Shown: positions 36,809 through 47,276, counted from the first letter of the stretch. The stretch is DNA of 56,655 bases from a virus (IMGVR_UViG_3300048033_000146:1-56655), one strand, 5' to 3'. Translations and numbers: made by a program. The notes: a model not told the origin generated them from the sequence alone.

Positions 36809-38619
36809 TGGCTATTTCAGGAGCATTCGGCGCAGGGTTTGTTCAAGGCTTTGGCGAGAGCATGAAGAAGAATGCTGAAACTCGTGCAGAGAGACAGCAA
36901 CGCTACGTAGATAGCATGATGGAGAATGCTAGACGCATGGCTCCAAAGTATGCACAAGACCAAGCAACAGCTACAGCTACTATTGGTTTGATGAATGAGT
37001 TTGAAACTCGTTATGGCATACCTAATGAAGAGTTTATCGCTTTAGCTCAGACACACGATATTAATAAAGTGTATGAAAATATTCAGATCGCTGAACAAGG
37101 TTTACGTGATGGGCAAAAGCTTGACGTAAAAAGTCAAATCCTTGGTGCGCTAAAGATACCAGAGGGTGCTAAACTACCTGATGGCATGACTGCAGAGGAT
37201 GCTGTACGTAGTATGGTTCTAGGTTATTCTCAGAATGTTAGCTCTAAACCAGATGACACCTCAGAGACACATAAAAACATGTCTTGGGGTAAAGCTATCT
37301 CAGATGTACTTGTACTAAACCCACGTGCATCTGCAGAAGAGCAAATCTCTGCTATGCAGGTTGCTGGTGTACCTGTACAAGAAATACTACAGTATCAAGC
37401 TGCACAAGGGGGTACTTACAACCCACTACAGAACGTAACACGTACTGGTGTCATAGACTTTTCTGATGACTATAAAGATTCAGACTTTGAGACATCATCA
37501 CGCTCATTCACACGTACATTCAACAGCATTCTATCAGGTTCAGAAGACCTAGCACTAGCAGGTGCAGATACACTAGAAGAAGCTATGGCTAATATTGGTG
37601 TAAATAGTACAGAAGCCCTAGCTAAATCAACTACAGCAGCAGGTGTGTCTATGGCAGACCTAGAGCTAGACCTAGCCAACAATGGTATGCGTAAAATCAA
37701 CCGTGACCGTGCGCTTGTACGCCTAGCCTCTGAGGTTAACATGGGTTCAGAGATGGTATCTCTTAACGAAGCTGTTGATAGCGGCCTAGCTATGCGCATG
37801 ATTGAAGAGTCTCTAAATAAGAACGGCAAGCTTACACAGGAATACATTGATGCTATTCTCTCTAACCGTGAAGTAGATCAGGTAAAAGCTGATGAAGTAA
37901 CAGCAGCAGCACAAGATACTCCTGCATTCTTATCAGACCCTGCTATACCAACACTAGGTGGCGGTACAGTCGGTGGTCCTGACGTAGGTGACAGACCATC
38001 AATGCCTGTAATGCCAGAGGATGAGGTTGATACAGTAGCAGAGCCAGCAGCAGAACAGCAGAGCTTGATTGACACTATCAAATCCAATGAAGAGTCACAA
38101 AGCTTTATGGATATGATTACACCAAATGGTTTGATCGCAGGTAATGCTGCTACAGTAGCACAACAGCAAGATGACTATGTTGAGCGTACACGTGAAGCTG
38201 CGTCCAAGATTACGTACTCTGCATATCAGCGTATGCTAGAAACTAAAGCAGGACGTGAGCGTTTGAAAGAGATGGGTCTACCTACGCAAAAGTTCCGTAC
38301 TGGTAAAGACCGTGCATTAGCGTTTGGTGTCATGAACCCAGAGCAATACTTTGCACCTGAAGCTGATGCTGTAACTGAAGAAGAACGAGATCCTATGACA
38401 CGTTCAGAATTTACAACATCTGATGATGGGTTAGCACTACTTAACTACTTGATGGATGAAGAAGAGCTTACAGGGGATGCTTCTCTTGAGGATATCAAAG
38501 ACGCTGTGGCTGCATGGTTTGGTGATAACCCAACTGTAAACGTAGGTGCAGAGGTTACAGCAGAAGACGTTGCTAAATCTATGAAACAAACATTAACTCT
38601 GTTGGCACAGGAAGACTAA
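36808..38619 (+). CDS. Putative internal virion protein
   Basis: GAFGAGFVQGFG N-terminus; size and position. Confidence 0.65.
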   Translation: MAISGAFGAGFVQGFGESMKKNAETRAERQQRYVDSMMENARRMAPKYAQDQATATATIGLMNEFETRYGIPNEEFIALAQTHDINKVYENIQIAEQGLRDGQKLDVKSQILGALKIPEGAKLPDGMTAEDAVRSMVLGYSQNVSSKPDDTSETHKNMSWGKAISDVLVLNPRASAEEQISAMQVAGVPVQEILQYQAAQGGTYNPLQNVTRTGVIDFSDDYKDSDFETSSRSFTRTFNSILSGSEDLALAGADTLEEAMANIGVNSTEALAKSTTAAGVSMADLELDLANNGMRKINRDRALVRLASEVNMGSEMVSLNEAVDSGLAMRMIEESLNKNGKLTQEYIDAILSNREVDQVKADEVTAAAQDTPAFLSDPAIPTLGGGTVGGPDVGDRPSMPVMPEDEVDTVAEPAAEQQSLIDTIKSNEESQSFMDMITPNGLIAGNAATVAQQQDDYVERTREAASKITYSAYQRMLETKAGRERLKEMGLPTQKFRTGKDRALAFGVMNPEQYFAPEADAVTEEERDPMTRSEFTTSDDGLALLNYLMDEEELTGDASLEDIKDAVAAWFGDNPTVNVGAEVTAEDVAKSMKQTLTLLAQED

Positions 38620-41600
38620 TGGCTGATACAACATACTACACACAAGAGAGTATGAAAGATAAAAAGCTATCTGATCTTAAAGACAACGATGCCTTTTTGA
38701 ATGATGCTATTACCTTTCTGAAAAGTCGCCGTAAGGGTTACGATGATGAAAAGCTATCCAAGTATACGACAGAGGATGTTGTGTACGATGTGCTAGAACA
38801 CTTCCGTGTGATGAACACAAACGAAGTGACTATGGCAAAAGACTACTACTTTATGGATGACGATAACACGTCTGACAAAGAGAAGCAGTCATACGCACGT
38901 CTTATGTATGCCTTTGATAACGCCAAGGGTGAGGGTATTCTAGACGGTGGCTTTGCAGGTATTCGTGACTATGCAGAGGGTATAGCTACAGCACCTTCTA
39001 CTTATGTGTCAGCAGCAGCCGTACCTCTTACAGCAGGTACAGGTACAGCAGCCGTACAAGCTTCCAAATTAGCAACACAGCAAGCCCTAAAGCAGTTTGC
39101 TAAAAAGCAGATTGGTCGTGGTGTATTGACTGCCGCACTAGATGGCTCTGTAGCAGCAGGGTCACAGCTTGGTATTGAGATCAATAAAAAGAAAGCTGGT
39201 AAAGCTATTGATGAAGACTACGACATTAGTGGTACAAACATTGCTGCTGCTGGTGTTCTAGGTGGTGCCATCGGTGGTGCAGCTTACGCTATCCCTACAC
39301 GACAGCAATACAAAGGTGCAGAGCGTCTGGTTAACAGACTAGAAGAGGGTGCTACACAAAAGGCTGCACGTGAAGCAGAGGCTGTAGAGAGAGCCTCACA
39401 GTCGTTGAAGGAACAAGCTGCTACCCCAGAGGGTCGCAAGATGATTAAGTGGACACAGAACAAGCTTCTGGCTTCCATTGATCCTAAACTTGTAGAAGAG
39501 GGTAAAGCTGCCAAGGTAGACATTCTGAGTGAAGACTTACCAGATGGACTAATTGGTGGCCTAGACGCGGGTACGATGAAGCGTCTGAGTGCTGCTGCAG
39601 TAGACCTAGCAGAAGCCCTAGAGATCAAGCCTGAAAAAGGCCAACGTATTACAGAGTTTTTAGCACGTCAGGTGGAGACAGGTGATGATAACGTATTTGA
39701 TATTGTTCGTAAGCGTTATGGCCTTACTCGCCGCCAACTATCAGCAGTATATGCAGCAGAGGTATCAGAAGCTGCGCGTTTGTTGCAACAACAAGGATCG
39801 TGGCTGAATAATCGTGGTGCTAGAATTACTGGTCAAGAAGCTATCGACGCATCTAAAGACTTCTCTGATAAGCTGACCAAGCTGTATGACCAAGGTATGT
39901 CTACTGTGTCAGGCAAAGAAGCTGCAGAACTAGATGCTGCACGTCTGTCTATGACATCTGGTAGACGCGCTATCAAAGCTCTTAAAGGGCTAGAGGATGC
40001 TAGACGTGCATTCATGACATCACAGCCAGCTACAACCATGCGTAACAACATCTTTGGTGTCGCTATGACTGGCATTGATATGTTGGATCAGATTAACTTG
40101 TCTATCCTACAAGCTGCAGGTTTCGGTGGTGAGAAGAAGAACGCAGGTGCTACATTCAAGGGTGCTACGGATACACTAACTTATCTTACTAAAGATGCCT
40201 ACGTAGCTGATGCCCTTGTGACTATGCTTAAAGAGGATGCTCCAGATCTTGTGTCACGTGTGTTTATGGATGCTGCTACAGCAGAGGCAAGCTTGGTACG
40301 TAATACTGCACTAGCTAAAGCAGGTACAGCAGCCAACGCACTTAACACCATGTCTGACCACGTGTTTAAGAAAGCTGTGATTGCTTCTTACATTGACCGT
40401 AAGTTAGCACAAGAAGGTTCATCTTTGATGGATTACATGGCACAGGGGCGTATCGCTGATCTGCCTGATGACATGGTAAACGAAGCTCTTGATGAAGCTT
40501 TGGCATTCACATTCCAACGTAGGTTTGGTGGACCGGGTGCTAGTGATATTAACAAGGGTGTAGGCAAGATCGTTAGCGGCATTCACAAATATGGCCTTAC
40601 TACAATCGTACCATTTCCACGCTATATCGCTTCACAGGCCAAGTTCTTGAATGACTACACAGTGTTGAACCTGATGCGTAAGAAGGGTGATATTACTGCT
40701 GAAGAGTTTTCAAAGCAGATGACTGGTGCAGCTATGTTTGCTGGTGCAGCTTACATGCAGATGGACAACATTCAGAATGGACTAGAGTGGTACGAAGAGC
40801 GTATGACATCTGGTGAGACAACCAACGCACAAGCAGCTATGGGTCCAGCAGCATTCATTCACTTTGCAACTAACTGGACTATGCGTAAGGCTAATGGCCT
40901 ACCCACAAAAGAGTGGAACGAAGTACGTAAAGATGCACAAGCTATTTTGCTTGGTACAGAGTTCCGTCCTGGGGGTGGTGCTTTAGGTGACTTGGAGAAT
41001 GCTTTTGTAAATGGCACACCAGAGCAAGGATTGAAGGTTGTAGGTGATTACCTGAGTTCATTCACGTACCCTGCTGCAGTAGTCAAAGACTTCTATGGTC
41101 AGTTTGATGCACGTTCATCTTACATCCCACAGACACGTGATGCTACTGTATCTTTGTGGGACATGGGTGGTATGGACTTTAACAGCACATACTTGTTACA
41201 GCGTTTTGGTAAGTCACTACCAGACTTTAACCTAGATGAAATGACAGGTCGCCTACAGCAAGATACAGGTATTGAGATCAACACAGATGGTCTACAAGGC
41301 TTGTTAAAGTGGATGGGTGGTTCAGCACGTACACAGTTCCAACTTATGGAAGAGCGTAACCGTGACACAGGCTATGACGCTGTACGACACAACATCTTTG
41401 GTGATGGTCCTCTACGTCAGCTTGATCCATTCATGAAGCAGATCACAGGTTTTACCAAGAACGCACCAAAGAATGAGCTAGAGATGGAAATGTCAAAGCT
41501 TCAGCTAGATGCGTTCAAAGTATATAACGAATACAAAGAGAAGAACACAGCACTAGAGCTAATGACTCAACAGATGCTGCAGGGTAAGCTTGCTGATGAT

Positions 41601-42017
41601 GCTATCGCTTACATCAAGTCTGACTCTGTGTATGTGAATGCTGATATGGCTACAAAGCGTGACCTACTCAAGCAGCGTCTACAAGCCAACATTCGTGATA
41701 CACGTGCAGATGCCAGAACAATCCTGTCAGACTGGGCGCGTAAGAATGAAGATTATCGTGGTGACTTTAATGCGTATGTACGTGGCGAGTACAAAGCCCT
41801 ATCGCGTAATGAAAAAGAACAAGCTAAGAATGCTTGGGCATTACAGGCAAAGCGTTATGGTTTCTCTGGTAAGACTTATGCAGAGGCTATCAAAGAGATT
41901 GACGCTAGTGACTATGACGAAATGGAAAAGGACACTAGGGCTTCGATACTCACACTCTGGTTTATCCAAGGTGGTAAGACTAGAACGAAAGCCATTAAAG
42001 AGTCAGCAACAAGATAA
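38619..42017 (+). CDS. Large internal virion (ejection) protein
   Basis: 1132 aa helical, glycine-zipper segments, last gene of the structural arm. Confidence 0.7.
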   Translation: MADTTYYTQESMKDKKLSDLKDNDAFLNDAITFLKSRRKGYDDEKLSKYTTEDVVYDVLEHFRVMNTNEVTMAKDYYFMDDDNTSDKEKQSYARLMYAFDNAKGEGILDGGFAGIRDYAEGIATAPSTYVSAAAVPLTAGTGTAAVQASKLATQQALKQFAKKQIGRGVLTAALDGSVAAGSQLGIEINKKKAGKAIDEDYDISGTNIAAAGVLGGAIGGAAYAIPTRQQYKGAERLVNRLEEGATQKAAREAEAVERASQSLKEQAATPEGRKMIKWTQNKLLASIDPKLVEEGKAAKVDILSEDLPDGLIGGLDAGTMKRLSAAAVDLAEALEIKPEKGQRITEFLARQVETGDDNVFDIVRKRYGLTRRQLSAVYAAEVSEAARLLQQQGSWLNNRGARITGQEAIDASKDFSDKLTKLYDQGMSTVSGKEAAELDAARLSMTSGRRAIKALKGLEDARRAFMTSQPATTMRNNIFGVAMTGIDMLDQINLSILQAAGFGGEKKNAGATFKGATDTLTYLTKDAYVADALVTMLKEDAPDLVSRVFMDAATAEASLVRNTALAKAGTAANALNTMSDHVFKKAVIASYIDRKLAQEGSSLMDYMAQGRIADLPDDMVNEALDEALAFTFQRRFGGPGASDINKGVGKIVSGIHKYGLTTIVPFPRYIASQAKFLNDYTVLNLMRKKGDITAEEFSKQMTGAAMFAGAAYMQMDNIQNGLEWYEERMTSGETTNAQAAMGPAAFIHFATNWTMRKANGLPTKEWNEVRKDAQAILLGTEFRPGGGALGDLENAFVNGTPEQGLKVVGDYLSSFTYPAAVVKDFYGQFDARSSYIPQTRDATVSLWDMGGMDFNSTYLLQRFGKSLPDFNLDEMTGRLQQDTGIEINTDGLQGLLKWMGGSARTQFQLMEERNRDTGYDAVRHNIFGDGPLRQLDPFMKQITGFTKNAPKNELEMEMSKLQLDAFKVYNEYKEKNTALELMTQQMLQGKLADDAIAYIKSDSVYVNADMATKRDLLKQRLQANIRDTRADARTILSDWARKNEDYRGDFNAYVRGEYKALSRNEKEQAKNAWALQAKRYGFSGKTYAEAIKEIDASDYDEMEKDTRASILTLWFIQGGKTRTKAIKESATR

Positions 42018-42019
42018 AG

Positions 42020-42050
42020 AAAGGGGGCCAAGCGGCCCCTCTTTTATTTT
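42020..42050. terminator. Bidirectional terminator between converging arms
   Basis: AAAGGGGGCC-AAGC-GGCCCCTCTTTT. Confidence 0.85.
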
Positions 42051-42247
42051 ATACCATGATCACTGGCTGCTAGTCTAGCCCACATCATGGCTTCGATCAG
42101 GCGTTCCCTAGCATTCTCCCTCTGTTCACACTCATATAGATTATCATATATGTAATCATCTAAGTTCCGTACAGCTTCACGTAGTCCATCGTTAAACTGC
42201 TTAGTTTTGGCTTCGATAAAGTCGTGTGCTTCGAGTTCGATTTTCAT
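42044..42247 (-). CDS. Small helical-hairpin protein, Acb2/Tad1-like candidate
   Basis: EQRENARERLIEAMMWARLAAS resembles the A...LEEA.MW..A helix. Confidence 0.45.
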   Translation of the reverse strand: MKIELEAHDFIEAKTKQFNDGLREAVRNLDDYIYDNLYECEQRENARERLIEAMMWARLAASDHGIK

Positions 42248-42423
42248 GCCATTGCTATGATCTTGTCGATTGCTGCATGTAGCTCTTGTGGACTCATAAC
42301 AACACGTTTGTTGCTTGCATAGTCACCATCTTTATCATAGCCACTAAACTCAACCACAAAACCGTTATCTGCAATCTCTACTCGAAAGTCGGTTACTTCT
42401 TTGGTTACTTCTTTGTTTGGCAT
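42244..42423 (-). CDS. Hypothetical 59 aa protein (not in ORF track)
   Basis: MPNKEVTKEVTDFRVEIADNGFVVEF...; fills the gap, ATGA-coupled. Confidence 0.7.
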   Translation of the reverse strand: MPNKEVTKEVTDFRVEIADNGFVVEFSGYDKDGDYASNKRVVMSPQELHAAIDKIIAMA

Positions 42424-42424
42424 A

Positions 42425-43135
42425 TCAAAGTCCTTCTGCCATAAATACTTTTACCCACTCAGCACAGATGTCACTACGTACAATGTCATCTACACCAAAC
42501 TCTACAACAGGGACAGGCAGCATGTGTTTCTTTGCTAGGTGTATGGCTTTAGATAAACCGTCACCTTCTTTTAGATCAGACTGCTGCGCGTCACCGTTAA
42601 GTACAATTTTACTTCCTTCACCAACGCGAGTCAACAACATCTTTAACTCATGAATAGTTATGTTCTGGGTCTCGTCTACGATGATGAAAGCATTGTCAAA
42701 GCTACGCCCACGCATAAGCGCAAGCGGAGCCATTTCTATGTTGCCATTCTTGATAGCGGTATCAACTGTACCTTTACCAAGATGCTTCTGTAGTACGTCA
42801 AGTACAGGTAACGCCCAAGGGTATGTCTTTTCCTCAAGCGATCCAGGTAAGAAACCAATGTCTTTACCAACAGCCACGTGTGGACGTGTGATAACAATAC
42901 GATCAACTTCTTTGAGTGTGTACAAGTCAGCCGCATAGGTAGCTGTGACATAAGTTTTACCTGTACCTGCTGGACCTAGAATGAATACCTGATTGCTAGA
43001 CTTTAAGCTATCAAGCAACTCTTTCTGTTTGTTATTTACAGGTACAAGACCAGAAACCTCTTTGGCTGCTGCGTTCTTGTAGTTAGTCTTCCGTCTAGTT
43101 CTAGTTTGTTTCTTTGGGAAGTCTGTTACACTCAT
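42425..43135 (-). CDS. phoH: PhoH-family ATPase
   Basis: GPAGTGKT, IGFLPG, LMRGRSF, IVDETQN, GDAQQSDL. Confidence 0.95.
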   Translation of the reverse strand: MSVTDFPKKQTRTRRKTNYKNAAAKEVSGLVPVNNKQKELLDSLKSSNQVFILGPAGTGKTYVTATYAADLYTLKEVDRIVITRPHVAVGKDIGFLPGSLEEKTYPWALPVLDVLQKHLGKGTVDTAIKNGNIEMAPLALMRGRSFDNAFIIVDETQNITIHELKMLLTRVGEGSKIVLNGDAQQSDLKEGDGLSKAIHLAKKHMLPVPVVEFGVDDIVRSDICAEWVKVFMAEGL

Positions 43136-43323
43136 TATGTTCCTTTCGGTACTTCAGAACAGTACGCTACTACGTAAGCTTCGGGGTTGGGGCGAGTAGC
43201 CATATGACTGTAGTACGTAGCCTCTGAATCTTTCTGACACTGCTTTAAGTCACGGTAGGGGAAACCTTCAGCATACGAGAACATACCTGCACCATCAATC
43301 AGCACGACTACTAGAACCCACAT
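43135..43323 (-). CDS. Small hypothetical protein
   Basis: MWVLVVVL...C...AYC. Confidence 0.6.
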   Translation of the reverse strand: MWVLVVVLIDGAGMFSYAEGFPYRDLKQCQKDSEATYYSHMATRPNPEAYVVAYCSEVPKGT

Positions 43324-43460
43324 TAGTTTAGCTTCTCTTCGATGTATTCAACGCCTTGATTAACCTTTGGTTCAGCATAGTCATACACTTTAGTACCAAC
43401 ATCATTAGCAAAGTTTAGACCTACAATAATGAAAGCTGTTGTAATAATAAATTCGATCAT
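43323..43460 (-). CDS. 45 aa membrane peptide (not in ORF track)
   Basis: MIEFIITTAFIIVGLNFA...; AGGAG SD; coupled at both ends. Confidence 0.6.
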   Translation of the reverse strand: MIEFIITTAFIIVGLNFANDVGTKVYDYAEPKVNQGVEYIEEKLN

Positions 43461-43681
43461 GTTAGATACTCCTTTAGATCGGTATAGCCGCCGATATGAG
43501 TTCCTTTATCGTTAAACACCTGCGGCACGGTAGTTATACTGGAACGCTTCAATAAAGACAACAACCATTTGCTGCTGTCCGACTGAATATTATATTCTAC
43601 GTATTGAATACCTTTACCCTTCATTAGGGTTTTGGCATCATCGCAGAAATTACATTGATCACGTGTGATTATCACGTACAT
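43457..43681 (-). CDS. Glutaredoxin
   Basis: CNFC, TVPQVF, HIGGYTDL. Confidence 0.92.
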   Translation of the reverse strand: MYVIITRDQCNFCDDAKTLMKGKGIQYVEYNIQSDSSKWLLSLLKRSSITTVPQVFNDKGTHIGGYTDLKEYLT

Positions 43682-43856
43682 CTTTTCTCCATTTTAACTC
43701 ATCTAAGAGTTTTCTCTGTTCGTAATCAGACATGATAATCCAATCACGTATTTCATCTATAGTTCTGTTACACCCCACGCACTCACCGTTTTCTATTCGG
43801 CATATGAGTACGCAGGGTGACTGTTGGCTACCTACACTAGGTCTACGATTTCGCAT
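43659..43856 (-). CDS. DUF1289 family Cys-rich (putative Fe-S) protein
   Basis: SPCVLIC....CVGCNRTIDEIRDW. Confidence 0.8.
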   Translation of the reverse strand: MRNRRPSVGSQQSPCVLICRIENGECVGCNRTIDEIRDWIIMSDYEQRKLLDELKWRKDVRDNHT

Positions 43857-45730
43857 GAGTCACCAGAGCAAGCCATTGTCTGCATAGACACAGTGTTATC
43901 CTCTTGTTCATACTCTGATAGCTTAGTCCAGTCAATAGACTTTGGCATCAGTTTAAGTAGACGCTGATACTCACCTTTGTCGCAGTCCTGATACGGTGCT
44001 TGCTGATACGTATGATCAGAGTGAGGCAAGAACGATACACCAGACATTTCATCAAAGTGTTTGTACACGAATGCACCCACGTCTAGCCATTCAGATTCGC
44101 GTACTGAGATAGTCACCGATGGTTTATGCTCACACCAATGACGCTGATACGTTAGCCATGTCTCTAGTTGTTCGATAGCAGTCATATCATTACGTGTCAC
44201 AGCACCTGCAGGTGACTTCTGAGGGAAGCTGAATACCGTAGTAGTATCACCCTTAAAAACACAAGGCTCTGATGGGATACCTTGATCCTTCATAAACTGT
44301 GTTAGTGGGTCTTTGTTATCGCCACGGACAGTACGAATATAGTAGGGGCTATGACGAGCATGAATCCCAGAAGCAGAATCAACCAACTGTGAGACAGTAC
44401 CTGACGGTTTAACGCACGTGATAGCAGCAGAGGCAGGGATGCCAAGGCGTTCAGACCACTCAGCGTTAGTAGTAACAGCAATGGATCGTAGATGCTCAAG
44501 TGTCTTCTCCAGTCCTTTGTTCTTGGCAGTCATAAGAGGGTTATCCATGATGCCTGTCAATGACACACCAAGTAGACGTTCTTCTTCTGTGTTCTTCTGC
44601 CATACTTTACGTAGGTATGGAAACTTAGTGAAGCTAGACTGGATCGTACCCAGAATTGTAGCCAACTTAACCTTACGCTCCAAGTCTTCAATACTATCTG
44701 TAGCCCGGACAACGCACTCCGTTAAGTTGCAAAACTGGTAGGGGCGCAAAATTATTTCAGAACATGGATTGGTCCCAAACTCATAGTTGCTATCACGTCT
44801 GCCAAACTTCTCAGCTTGCTTCTTAGATGCTTGACGATTGAACACACCGCGCTCACCAGACTTAGACTCTACAAGAGCAGTCCACTCACGCATGAATGTC
44901 TCTACGTCAGGCTTCTCGGTATAGCTTACAGAGTTATTAGCCAAGGCACGATGCGCTGCTGTTTCCCACCATTGACCAGACTTAGCGTGACGCATACGGT
45001 CATCTGATAAGTTAGACAAAGAGATCATAGCACTACGGCGTACTCCACCGACTACAACAATCTGTCCTATAAAGCACATCAGGTCATGACATTCTAGTGA
45101 TGATAGCTTGCGGCCCTGTGCGCCTTTGAATGTATTCACAGCAAAGTTGAATAGCTCTACTAGTGGTGCAGGACCAGAGGCACGTCCACCAAACGTCTTT
45201 AGTCGCGCACCTGCAGGGCGTACTTTAGATACATCCCATTTAGGAATTTCACCAGCCCAGAGGAGTGCCAAAACTTGACGGAAAGCTTTCGCCCAACCTT
45301 CCTTACTGTCCTTCACGACGATTGTGGTATCACTCTCGAAAAGCTCTGGGACATCTGGCAGCTTGCTGATGAATTGACGCTCGACACTGAACCCGACACC
45401 AGTACCACACAAGAGGATGAACATAGCCTCATCAAAGCTCTTGGGATCATCGACAGGTAGATAGCTACAGTTATAACCTGCTGTGTTATCACGCTCTAAC
45501 GCAGGTCCGGAAGTCATCATAGCTCTCATAGATGGCATGATCTCTAGGCTCAAAATAGCATCACGAATTTGATTGATGTATGTGTCATCACCTGCTGCTG
45601 TACGCACAACGTTATCCATATAACGCTCTACTGTTTCGTCCCAATTCTCACGCCCTTTACCATCAAAGTATTTGGCATAGCGTGACTTGTGAATGAATGA
45701 TTGGTAGTCTGTTGGTAGTAAGTTGTTCAT
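43832..45730 (-). CDS. nrdJ: Class II (adenosylcobalamin-dependent) ribonucleotide reductase
   Basis: YNCSY, GTGVGFS, GGVRRSAMI, TNPCSEI, VKPSGTVSQL, C-terminal CSGDSC; no beta subunit gene. Confidence 0.93.
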   Translation of the reverse strand: MNNLLPTDYQSFIHKSRYAKYFDGKGRENWDETVERYMDNVVRTAAGDDTYINQIRDAILSLEIMPSMRAMMTSGPALERDNTAGYNCSYLPVDDPKSFDEAMFILLCGTGVGFSVERQFISKLPDVPELFESDTTIVVKDSKEGWAKAFRQVLALLWAGEIPKWDVSKVRPAGARLKTFGGRASGPAPLVELFNFAVNTFKGAQGRKLSSLECHDLMCFIGQIVVVGGVRRSAMISLSNLSDDRMRHAKSGQWWETAAHRALANNSVSYTEKPDVETFMREWTALVESKSGERGVFNRQASKKQAEKFGRRDSNYEFGTNPCSEIILRPYQFCNLTECVVRATDSIEDLERKVKLATILGTIQSSFTKFPYLRKVWQKNTEEERLLGVSLTGIMDNPLMTAKNKGLEKTLEHLRSIAVTTNAEWSERLGIPASAAITCVKPSGTVSQLVDSASGIHARHSPYYIRTVRGDNKDPLTQFMKDQGIPSEPCVFKGDTTTVFSFPQKSPAGAVTRNDMTAIEQLETWLTYQRHWCEHKPSVTISVRESEWLDVGAFVYKHFDEMSGVSFLPHSDHTYQQAPYQDCDKGEYQRLLKLMPKSIDWTKLSEYEQEDNTVSMQTMACSGDSCEIVDLV

Positions 45731-46107
45731 CGGTTATCACCACTCCCACGTAGTTTGTTTCGTTTCTGTCTATCGTCTAGTTTCTGGATGTTAAGCTCTA
45801 GGATTTCCTGTAGCCCACGCCCATAGATGTTACCTAGTGCAGTAGCATAGAATACCACATCACCAAGCTCCTTCATAATTTCCTCATTAGTAAAGCGGCT
45901 GCTGTCACGAACAAGCTTCTTCATCTTCTCCGCTACTTCACCTGCCTCACCAACAAGGCCAAGAGTATTCTCATACAAACGATCTTGTCCCTCTGTTAGA
46001 ATTTTATTCTCTACCCAACCAGAGTAAAAGTCTGCCCAGTTAATAGGGTCAGCATCTGGGAACATATCGTAGTACCCCATAGTCTTTAAGTCTTCATTAC
46101 TTATCAT
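45727..46107 (-). CDS. mazG: MazG-like NTP pyrophosphohydrolase
   Basis: LGLVGEAGEVAEK...KELGDVVFY. Confidence 0.88.
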   Translation of the reverse strand: MISNEDLKTMGYYDMFPDADPINWADFYSGWVENKILTEGQDRLYENTLGLVGEAGEVAEKMKKLVRDSSRFTNEEIMKELGDVVFYATALGNIYGRGLQEILELNIQKLDDRQKRNKLRGSGDNR

Positions 46108-46268
46108 CGTTCTTTCACCACTAAGTTTTCTATTTTTATATCATCAACATCATACATAACATCCTTCAAAAGATCGTGTACATCTTCTTCGTGATTGTCT
46201 TCATATGATGATAAGATATTGTTATCTTCATCTATCTGAATAAGAAACGTTACGCTAAACTTTCTCAT
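46104..46268 (-). CDS. Acidic 54 aa protein (not in ORF track)
   Basis: MRKFSVTFLIQIDEDNNIL...; ATGA-coupled on both sides. Confidence 0.7.
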   Translation of the reverse strand: MRKFSVTFLIQIDEDNNILSSYEDNHEEDVHDLLKDVMYDVDDIKIENLVVKER

Positions 46269-46486
46269 TTATGCTTCTCTTTATAAACTTCAATTAGTTT
46301 GTTCAAGTACCATTGTGCCTTTTGCAAATCCTCTAGGCCATTCTTGTAACGGTAACGCCAGATGTACTTCATGATGTTACCTTGTAGATACCCTTCTGCT
46401 TGCTCATTAGTAGCAGCCATGATTGCTTCAATAGCTTCAATGCCACCAACATTATAGTGTACAGGTTTATTTACTGGATCACTCAT
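46265..46486 (-). CDS. DUF3310 protein (T7 gp1.7-like nucleotide kinase domain)
   Basis: DPVNKPVHY..GGIEAIEAI...GNIMKYIWRY..KNGLEDLQKAQWYL. Confidence 0.88.
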   Translation of the reverse strand: MSDPVNKPVHYNVGGIEAIEAIMAATNEQAEGYLQGNIMKYIWRYRYKNGLEDLQKAQWYLNKLIEVYKEKHK

Positions 46487-46845
46487 GCACTTCCCTCAGT
46501 CTTTGTCCAAGCATTTAACGTAATGATGTTACCGTCTGTTTTGTAACCCTGTTCTTCTTCTTCGTGCTCTTTAAGAGCTTCAGCATATTGGTCAGGATAT
46601 AGCTCTTTTACCATATCGTGTTTATACTCGTCAATATAATCCATGATGTCTATATTATCTTGTACAAACGCTAGTGCTGCTGCCATAGTCAAAGCTGCAT
46701 CTACTGCTGCTTGACCTGATACACCTGTGACATCAGTACCAAAAGTAATACCAGTACGTAACTCCATAGTCCATTCACCATCTTCATCAAGTACAGGCTT
46801 AACTAGGACTGCTACTTCATCACTACCTAACTCATAACCCATCAT
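46483..46845 (-). CDS. Hypothetical protein
   Basis: ORF track; start trimmed to MMGY. Confidence 0.7.
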   Translation of the reverse strand: MMGYELGSDEVAVLVKPVLDEDGEWTMELRTGITFGTDVTGVSGQAAVDAALTMAAALAFVQDNIDIMDYIDEYKHDMVKELYPDQYAEALKEHEEEEQGYKTDGNIITLNAWTKTEGSA

Positions 46846-47276
46846 ACTCTCCGATCTACTTTTACACGTTGCTCTTTCATACGACTGCCTTTTTCTTTTA
46901 GCCATTCTTCTGGTATTACACGATGCGCCCATTTGAAACCCTTTTGTTCGCACCAATCGCAGTAACGTGATTTAGCACCTTTGTAGAGCTTTGCGTTTGC
47001 ATTACTGAATACGAAACGAATATCTAATGTAGGGTGCTGACGCTGTACTTCAACATGTTTGCGTCTATCTGCTGCACTAAATATACCTTTCGTTTCGATT
47101 ATGATACCGTTGTCTAGCTCAAAGTCTGGTGTGTAGGTTCGATACTTGAGGTCTTCCCACTCGATTTTAAGCTTCTCATACTGGACTTTCTTTTGTCGAG
47201 ACTTGAGGAAAGCAGCGGCCTCTTCTTCAAGGCCACTACGATAAGTTTTACTTAGATGTCTACGCTTAGACACCAT
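46842..47276 (-). CDS. Endonuclease I (T7 gp3-like Holliday junction resolvase)
   Basis: YRSGLEE, YTPDF, IIETKG, DIRFVF. Confidence 0.92.
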   Translation of the reverse strand: MVSKRRHLSKTYRSGLEEEAAAFLKSRQKKVQYEKLKIEWEDLKYRTYTPDFELDNGIIIETKGIFSAADRRKHVEVQRQHPTLDIRFVFSNANAKLYKGAKSRYCDWCEQKGFKWAHRVIPEEWLKEKGSRMKEQRVKVDRRV

